This document shows, piece after piece, positions 57,207 through 64,000 of a stretch of DNA of 64,000 nt. The position numbers and the translations under genes are program-made. How positions within the stretch are numbered: the first letter of the stretch is position 1; every line of letters begins with the position of its first letter. The notes beneath the pieces are model-generated. The model saw only the letters and a list, made by a program, of their open reading frames with translations, did no database searches and was not told where the DNA came from. The DNA comes from Candidatus Eiseniibacteriota bacterium (GTDB lineage Bacteria > Eisenbacteria > RBG-16-71-46): positions 388,392-452,391 of the forward strand of contig CAVUWA010000009.1 in NCBI GenBank assembly GCA_963744995.1. Direction: 5' to 3'.

Positions 57207-58192
57207 GCCGGGTCGCCGTCATCGGCGCGGGCTCATGGGGCACGACGCTCGCAGTGCTGCTCGCCAGCGCGGGGCACGAGGTGTCGCTGTGGGGTAACGA
57301 GGCGGCCGATCTGGCTGAGATGGAGCGGGTGCGCGAGAACCGGAAGTTTTTGCCTGGCATCGCCCTGCCCCCGGGGATTAAGGTGCAACCGGAACTGGAA
57401 CGGGTACTTGGAAGCGTGGAGTTCGGCTGGATCGTGGTGCCGTCGCACGCGGTGCGCGCGGTGACCGGGCGCATCGCCCGGCTCGGCGTCCGGACGACGT
57501 GGGTATGCGCGTCGAAGGGGCTCGAGCTGGGGACGCTCAAACGGCTGTCCGAGGTCCTCGCCGAAACACTGGACGAGGCGGATCCGGTGATCGTCACCGG
57601 CCCGAGCCACGCCGAAGAGGTGAGCCGCGGCATCCCGACGAGCGTCGTGGCCGCCGCGCACAGCGAGGCGCGGGCCCGCGCGGTCCAGCAGCTGTGCGCG
57701 ACCGACCTGTTCCGCGTGTACACGAACGACGACGTGCCCGGCTGCGAATACGGCGCCGCGCTCAAGAACGTGATCGCCATCGCCGCGGGCGTCTGCGATG
57801 GAGTGGGGTTCGGCGACAACACGAAGGGGGCACTGCTCACGCGCGGGCTCGCGGAGATGTCGCGGCTCGGCGAAGCGCTGGGTGGACGCAGGGAGACGTT
57901 CTTCGGTCTGACGGGACTCGGCGATCTGATCGCCACCGGCATGAGCCGGCACAGCCGCAATCGCCGGGTCGGTGAAGCGCTCGGGCGGGGCCAGCCGCTC
58001 ACGGAGGTGCTGGCCGGAATGGAGATGGTCGCGGAGGGCGTCAACACCGCCCGGGCCGCGCGGGAGCTTGGCCAGGCGCACGGCATCGAGTTGCCGATCA
58101 CCGAACAGGTATGTGCGCTGCTGTTCGAGGGCCGCCACCCACGTGACGCGATGCGCGCTCTGATGGCGCGCGATCTGAAACGCGAGGCGTGA
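57203..58192 (+). CDS. gpsA: NAD(P)H-dependent glycerol-3-phosphate dehydrogenase
   Basis: VAVIGAGSWGTTLA Rossmann motif and ALKNVIAIAAG. GTGA overlap with plsY. Confidence 0.9.
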   Translation: MSRVAVIGAGSWGTTLAVLLASAGHEVSLWGNEAADLAEMERVRENRKFLPGIALPPGIKVQPELERVLGSVEFGWIVVPSHAVRAVTGRIARLGVRTTWVCASKGLELGTLKRLSEVLAETLDEADPVIVTGPSHAEEVSRGIPTSVVAAAHSEARARAVQQLCATDLFRVYTNDDVPGCEYGAALKNVIAIAAGVCDGVGFGDNTKGALLTRGLAEMSRLGEALGGRRETFFGLTGLGDLIATGMSRHSRNRRVGEALGRGQPLTEVLAGMEMVAEGVNTARAARELGQAHGIELPITEQVCALLFEGRHPRDAMRALMARDLKREA

Positions 58193-58214
58193 GCCAGGCG
58201 GCAGGAGGGAATGG

Positions 58215-58589
58215 ATGACCCCGATCAGGACCGACACCGGGCTCGAAGGCAAGATGTACCGCCCGATCAGCGAAGTCAGCGAAATGGTCGGCGTGAAGCC
58301 GCACGTGCTGCGGTACTGGGAGACCCAGTTCAGCATGCTGCGGCCGCGGAAGAACCGCGCCGGGAACCGCATGTACCGGCCCGAGGAGATCAAGATGCTG
58401 CTGCGCATCAAGGATCTTCTCTACGCGCGCCGCTTCACGATCGCCGGTGCGCGGCGGCGCCTGCTGGACGAACGCAGGGACACGCCGCAGATCGACATGG
58501 GGTTCGATCACGCCGATCGTACCGTGGTGATCCACGAGGTGAAGGAAGAGCTGCGCCGCATTGCGGCGCGCCTGCGTGACGCGCGCTGA
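58215..58589 (+). CDS. MerR-family transcriptional regulator
   Basis: YRPISEVSEMVGVKPHVLRYWETQF helix-turn-helix. An alternative start is the internal Met. Confidence 0.8.
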   Translation: MTPIRTDTGLEGKMYRPISEVSEMVGVKPHVLRYWETQFSMLRPRKNRAGNRMYRPEEIKMLLRIKDLLYARRFTIAGARRRLLDERRDTPQIDMGFDHADRTVVIHEVKEELRRIAARLRDAR

Positions 58590-58712
58590 CGGCGGACGGC
58601 GCCGGGCGGCGTCGTGCGGCGCTGAGGGCGCGCGCAAGGACGTGCCCTACTTGCGGGATCCGCGCGGCTTCCCGTAAATTCTCCCGCGGCGGAACTTGCG
58701 GGTTCCCCGGGT

Positions 58713-58789
58713 CGGGGCGTAGCGCAGCCTGGTAGCGCACCTGCATGGGGGGCAGGTGGTCGCTGGTTCAAATCCAGTCGCCCCGACCA
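58713..58789 (+). tRNA. tRNA-Pro (anticodon GGG)
   Basis: Acceptor CGGGGCG/CGCCCCG, anticodon loop ATGGGGG, T-loop GGTTCAAAT, CCA encoded. Confidence 0.85.
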
Positions 58790-58849
58790 TCTTCTTCTTT
58801 CCCGCGCCCATCGCGAGCCCGTGCCGGCGCTTCCGGAGGAATCGGTTTC

Positions 58850-59557
58850 ATGCGCGTGGCCGCTCTCGTGCCCGCCTATCAGGCTGCGGCCCACCTCGGC
58901 GAAGTCCTGATGCGGCTGCAGGCGCTCGATCCGCCACCCGACGTGCTGGTCGTGGACGACGGGTCGCGCGACGCAACCGCGGAGGTGGCCCGCCAGTTCG
59001 GCGCCCGGGTGATCTCGTTCGCCGGCAACCGCGGCAAGGGCCACGCGCTGCTCGAGGGGTTCCGGGCGCTGGCCGACCACGATGCGGTGGTGACGCTCGA
59101 CGCGGACGGGCAGCATCCGCCCGAGTGTTTTCCTGATTTCGTGCGCGGCGCGGCCACAGCCGACATCGTGCTGGGGCGCCGCGAACGGACGCCCGACATG
59201 CCCGTCGGCCGCCGTTTCGCCAACTGGTTTTCATCGAGCTGGTCGTCGCAGCTCGCCGGCCAGCGCGTGGAGGACAGCCAGTGCGGCTATCGGCTGTACC
59301 GGCGTGAGGTGCTCGAGCGCACGCCGCTCACGCCCGGTCGCTACGAGCTCGAATCGGAGGTCGTGGTGCGTGCGGCGCGGCTCGGCTTCCGCCTCACCCA
59401 CGTGAGCATCCCCACCGTGTACGGAGAGGAGAAGAGCCAGCTGAGCGCGTTCCGCGACGTGCCACGCATCGTCGGGACGCTGCTCCGGCTCACCCTCGAA
59501 GGGGTCCTGCCGCCGCGCGCGATGCGCGATGCCACGCTCGGGGCCGGCCGCACGTGA
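58850..59557 (+). CDS. Family 2 glycosyltransferase
   Basis: VLVVDDGSRD and TLDADGQH (DXD) motifs, and QCGYRLYRREVL. ggagga RBS. Confidence 0.8.
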   Translation: MRVAALVPAYQAAAHLGEVLMRLQALDPPPDVLVVDDGSRDATAEVARQFGARVISFAGNRGKGHALLEGFRALADHDAVVTLDADGQHPPECFPDFVRGAATADIVLGRRERTPDMPVGRRFANWFSSSWSSQLAGQRVEDSQCGYRLYRREVLERTPLTPGRYELESEVVVRAARLGFRLTHVSIPTVYGEEKSQLSAFRDVPRIVGTLLRLTLEGVLPPRAMRDATLGAGRT

Positions 59558-60300
59558 GGATCCTGATCACCAACGACGACGGGATCTTCGCACCGGCCCT
59601 GCTCAAACTGCGCGATGTCCTCCGCCGGTTCGGCCACGTCACGGTGATCGCCCCCGACCGCAACCAGAGCGCCACCTCGCATTCGCTCACGCTGCACCGG
59701 CCGTTCCGGATCCGCGAGCACGAGCCCGGTATCTTCAGCGTCGACGGCACGCCGACGGACTGCGTGGTGGCGGCCTGGTACGGCCTGCTCGACGAGCCGC
59801 CCGACCTGGTGGTGTCGGGCATCAACCATGGTCCCAACATGGGCGAGGACGTGTTCTACTCCGGCACGGTCGCCGCGGCCATCGAGGGATCGCTGCAGGG
59901 GGCGATGGCGGTGGCCTGCTCGCTCGTCACCCGCGAGCTGTCGGACTACGTCGAGCCCGCGGCCTTCATCGAGCGACTCGTGGGACGGGTGCTCGAGGAG
60001 GGACTTCCGCACCGCACGCTGCTGAACGTGAACATCCCGTACCGGCCGTGGAGGGAAGTGCGCGGCGTGCAGATCACCCGGCTCGGCAGCCGCGTCTATC
60101 GCGACACCCTGATCCGCAAGGTGGACCCGCGCGGTCTCGACTACTACTGGATCGGCGGCGAAGATCCGGTGTGGTCGTCCGAGGAGGGCACCGACTTCCA
60201 CGCGGTCCACGAGGGCTACGTGTCCGTGACCCCGATGCGGCTCGACCTGACCGACGAAGGGGCCATCGACGGCGTGCGCGCCTGGAACCTCGAGAAGTGA
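59554..60300 (+). CDS. surE: 5'/3'-nucleotidase SurE
   Basis: MRILITNDDGIFAPAL and SGINHGPN motifs. Confidence 0.9.
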   Translation: MRILITNDDGIFAPALLKLRDVLRRFGHVTVIAPDRNQSATSHSLTLHRPFRIREHEPGIFSVDGTPTDCVVAAWYGLLDEPPDLVVSGINHGPNMGEDVFYSGTVAAAIEGSLQGAMAVACSLVTRELSDYVEPAAFIERLVGRVLEEGLPHRTLLNVNIPYRPWREVRGVQITRLGSRVYRDTLIRKVDPRGLDYYWIGGEDPVWSSEEGTDFHAVHEGYVSVTPMRLDLTDEGAIDGVRAWNLEK

Positions 60301-60353
60301 GACACGCGAACGGAAGTGCGGCGCCGGATCCGCATGCGTCCGCGCGGCGGCGC

Positions 60354-60986
60354 ATGGTGGAGAAGCAGCTGCGCGAGCGCGGCATCCGCGATGAACGTGT
60401 GCTCGAGGCGATGGCCGCCGTGCCGCGCGAACTGTTCGTGGATCCGGCGTTCGTCTCCCGCGCCTACGGCGACCACGCGCTGCCGACGGGCGAGGGCCAG
60501 ACGATCTCGCAGCCGTACATCGTCGCCCGCATGCTCGAGGTGGCACGCCTCGAGCCCGGCCACCGCGTGCTGGAGATCGGCACCGGGACCGGATACCAGA
60601 CCGCCCTGCTGGCGCGACTCTGCGAGCGGGTCTTCAGCGTCGAGCGCGTGCCGTCGCTGCTGCGTGCGGCGCAGAAGCGCCTGGACCAGCTCGGGGTACG
60701 CGGCGTCGCCCTCAGGCACGGGGACGGCAGCCTCGGTTGGCAGGAGTTTGCGCCCTATGCTAGGGTCCTCGTCGCCGCTGCGGCGCCCCGTGTTCCCGAC
60801 GCTCTGCGAAACCAGTTGGGGGAACGGGGTGTTCTTGTTATCCCGGTGGGTGACGCGTCCCGGCAGCATCTGGAAGTGTGGGAACGCGAGTCCGCGGACC
60901 GCTGGCGGCACGTCCGGCTCGGCGAGTGCCGTTTCGTCCCGCTGGTCGGACGCGACGCCTGGGCCGACAGCCCGGCGGAGGAGTAG
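60354..60986 (+). CDS. pcm: Protein-L-isoaspartate O-methyltransferase
   Basis: GEGQTISQPYIVARMLE and VLEIGTGTGYQTALLA motifs. Confidence 0.9.
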   Translation: MVEKQLRERGIRDERVLEAMAAVPRELFVDPAFVSRAYGDHALPTGEGQTISQPYIVARMLEVARLEPGHRVLEIGTGTGYQTALLARLCERVFSVERVPSLLRAAQKRLDQLGVRGVALRHGDGSLGWQEFAPYARVLVAAAAPRVPDALRNQLGERGVLVIPVGDASRQHLEVWERESADRWRHVRLGECRFVPLVGRDAWADSPAEE

Positions 60987-60991
60987 CGAGT

Positions 60992-61068
<77 letters not shown>

Positions 61069-61179
61069 TTCGATCCCGGCGCCGTACGCGGCACCCGAGG
61101 CGGAAACGTCCCGGGTGTTTTCGTTGTGCGCGCGGCGGCTTGAATGCCGCGCGCGCGTGGCGCATGCTGCGGCGTGGTC

Positions 61180-61441
61180 ATGGCATCCCTTCATCTCCGC
61201 ATCGAGGGACGCGTGCAGGGCGTCGGTTTCAGATGGTTCGTGGTCCGTGAAGCCCGCGCGCTCGGCCTCGCGGGCCACGTCCGCAATCTGCATGACGGTG
61301 CGGTCGAGCTCGACGCCGAGGGGCCGGACGACTCCCTGCGCCGACTGCTCGATTCGGTGCGCAACGGACCGCCGGGCGCCCGGGTCCTGCGCGTGATCGA
61401 CGCGTGGGGCGAGACCCGCGGCCGCTTCAGAGGATTCGAGA

Positions 61442-61452
<11 letters not shown>
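61180..61452 (+). CDS. acyP: Acylphosphatase
   Basis: [12 protein letters not shown] and [12 protein letters not shown] motifs. Confidence 0.85.
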
Positions 61453-62530
<1,078 letters not shown>

Positions 62531-62641
62531 AGTGGGCCGCAGACGCACATGGACATCGGAAAGGCCGGCGCGCCGCGGGCACGCCGCTCGAGAGCAGAAC
62601 GGACCGGGCCGCCGACGGCGGCCCCAGCGACGGGGCGACCC

Positions 62642-63181
62642 ATGATCGATCTGCGCAGCAGGATTCGCGACGTACCCGACTTCCCGAAGAAGGGCATCGT
62701 CTTCAAGGACATCACGCCGCTGCTGTCCGACCCGGACGCGTTGCGCGAGTGCGTCGCGCAGATGGCCGCCCGCGCGCCGGCGCCGGATGCGGTGGTGGCG
62801 ATCGAGTCGCGCGGATTCATCTTCGGCACCGCTCTGGCGATGCACTGGCGGGTGCCGTTCGTTCCCGCCCGCAAGTTCGGCAAGCTGCCGGGCGAGACCG
62901 TGCGCGAAATGTATTCGCTCGAGTACGGCGAGGATACGCTCGAGATCCATCGCGACGCCCTGCACGCGGGCCAGAAGGTGGTGCTCGTGGACGACCTGCT
63001 GGCGACCGGCGGAACCGCCGCCGCGACCGTGCGGCTGGTCGAACAGCTGGAAGCGAAGATCGTCGCCTGCCTGTTCGTCGTCGAGCTGAGCGGGCTCGGC
63101 GGGCGCGAACGGCTCGGCTCCTACCGCGTCGAGGCACTCATGGCGTTCGAGACCGAGGAAGCGGCGGAGGAGCGCGACTAG
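62642..63181 (+). CDS. apt: Adenine phosphoribosyltransferase
   Basis: DFPKKGIVFKDITPLL and VVLVDDLLATGGTAAA motifs. Confidence 0.9.
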   Translation: MIDLRSRIRDVPDFPKKGIVFKDITPLLSDPDALRECVAQMAARAPAPDAVVAIESRGFIFGTALAMHWRVPFVPARKFGKLPGETVREMYSLEYGEDTLEIHRDALHAGQKVVLVDDLLATGGTAAATVRLVEQLEAKIVACLFVVELSGLGGRERLGSYRVEALMAFETEEAAEERD

Positions 63182-63209
63182 GCGGGGAGCGCGACGGCCG
63201 GCATCCCGT

Positions 63210-64000
63210 TCACGCGCCCGCGGGCGCCGCCAGCGGGCCGCCCGGGCGGATCAGCGGTGCGAGCGCCTTGCGGCCGAGCAGGATGTCCGTCGGTCCCATC
63301 GCGTAGGGCGCGACCTCGTAGGCGTTGTAGTGGAAGCGCAGGCCCTCGCCGGTCACCGCCCAGTTGTCGTTGAGCTGGAACGCGCCGCCCTCGAACCAGA
63401 ACCCCGCCGCCACCAGGTCGTCGGTGGCCGCGAGGTCGTGCGCCTTGCGGAACGCGCGCTCGCCGAGCGCGGTGAGGCGCGCGCCGTACCCGGGCACGAA
63501 CAGCTCGTCCAGCGAGACCCGATGGCCGTCATGCGCATTCAGCGTCATCAGCCGCACGAGCGCGTTCGGATGGGCGCCGCCCGTGTAGCTCTCCTCGGAG
63601 AACTCGATGCTGAAGAGGCGGCCGTCGTTCCACACCGGGGTGGCCCGGCGCTGGATCGTCCAGGACGCGGGCGAATCGGGAAACTCCTCGGAGAAGTCGC
63701 GGTACTCGTCGAGGAATCGTTGCATCAACGTGTCGGCCATGGCCGCGCCGCCGCCCTCGTCGCGCTCGTCCACCGCGGCGAACACGGTCGTGTCGAGGAA
63801 CGCCGCGACGGAGTCACGCAGGGGAGGGGGCCCGCTGGTCAGCTCGAAGTAGCCGAGCGAGATGGAGGCGCAGGGCGCGAGCTGCTCAGGACAGTCCTCG
63901 AGCGTCTGGTGCTTCTCCCGCTTCTCGAACGAGAGGGGCTTCACACCGGTGGCGGTCGCCGGGGCGCGGTGCTTCGAGGTGCCCGACCTGCCGCACGAAA
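63210..64000 (-). CDS. DUF3298/DUF4163-like envelope protein, partial; N-terminus beyond window end
   Basis: The reading frame stays open upstream of the first listed start through to the window edge. Family assignment is from overall pattern only. Confidence 0.5.
   Translation of the reverse strand, partial: SCGRSGTSKHRAPATATGVKPLSFEKREKHQTLEDCPEQLAPCASISLGYFELTSGPPPLRDSVAAFLDTTVFAAVDERDEGGGAAMADTLMQRFLDEYRDFSEEFPDSPASWTIQRRATPVWNDGRLFSIEFSEESYTGGAHPNALVRLMTLNAHDGHRVSLDELFVPGYGARLTALGERAFRKAHDLAATDDLVAAGFWFEGGAFQLNDNWAVTGEGLRFHYNAYEVAPYAMGPTDILLGRKALAPLIRPGGPLAAPAGA

Overview
This 64 kb window is high-GC (about 70%) bacterial chromosome. It is densely packed with + strand genes that are mostly housekeeping: gcvH-gcvPA-gcvPB, a peptide-type ABC transporter with two tandem substrate-binding proteins, aroA-cmk-plsC-rpsA, mutS, mutL-miaA, tRNA-Gly-der-plsY-gpsA, and surE-pcm-tRNA-Pro-acyP-sigma70-apt. 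There are three tRNAs and no CRISPR, rRNA or obvious mobile elements. The standout feature is a compact seven-gene bacterial microcompartment (BMC) operon at 19946-23410, with genes overlapping by 1-4 nt. It encodes two BMC-H shell proteins, three BMC-P (EutN/CcmL-type) vertex paralogs, one PduT-like tandem BMC-T and a CoA-acylating-type aldehyde dehydrogenase with an N-terminal encapsulation-peptide-like helix. No recognisable signature enzyme, phosphotransacylase or alcohol dehydrogenase is present, so this looks like an incomplete-core metabolosome of unknown substrate. It sits behind an unusual ~700 bp GC-rich non-coding leader that carries a repeated TGCGTTGACC motif. Other notable items are a duplicated two-gene membrane module (A-B-A'-B', the first gene carrying an FN3-like ectodomain), a GlmL/MutL-like ASKHA ATPase paired with an unknown partner, an unannotated 31-aa bS22-like ribosomal protein ORF, and a bifunctional MetH-N/MetF fusion. 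Many long reverse-strand ORFs in the track are GC-driven shadow ORFs and were rejected.
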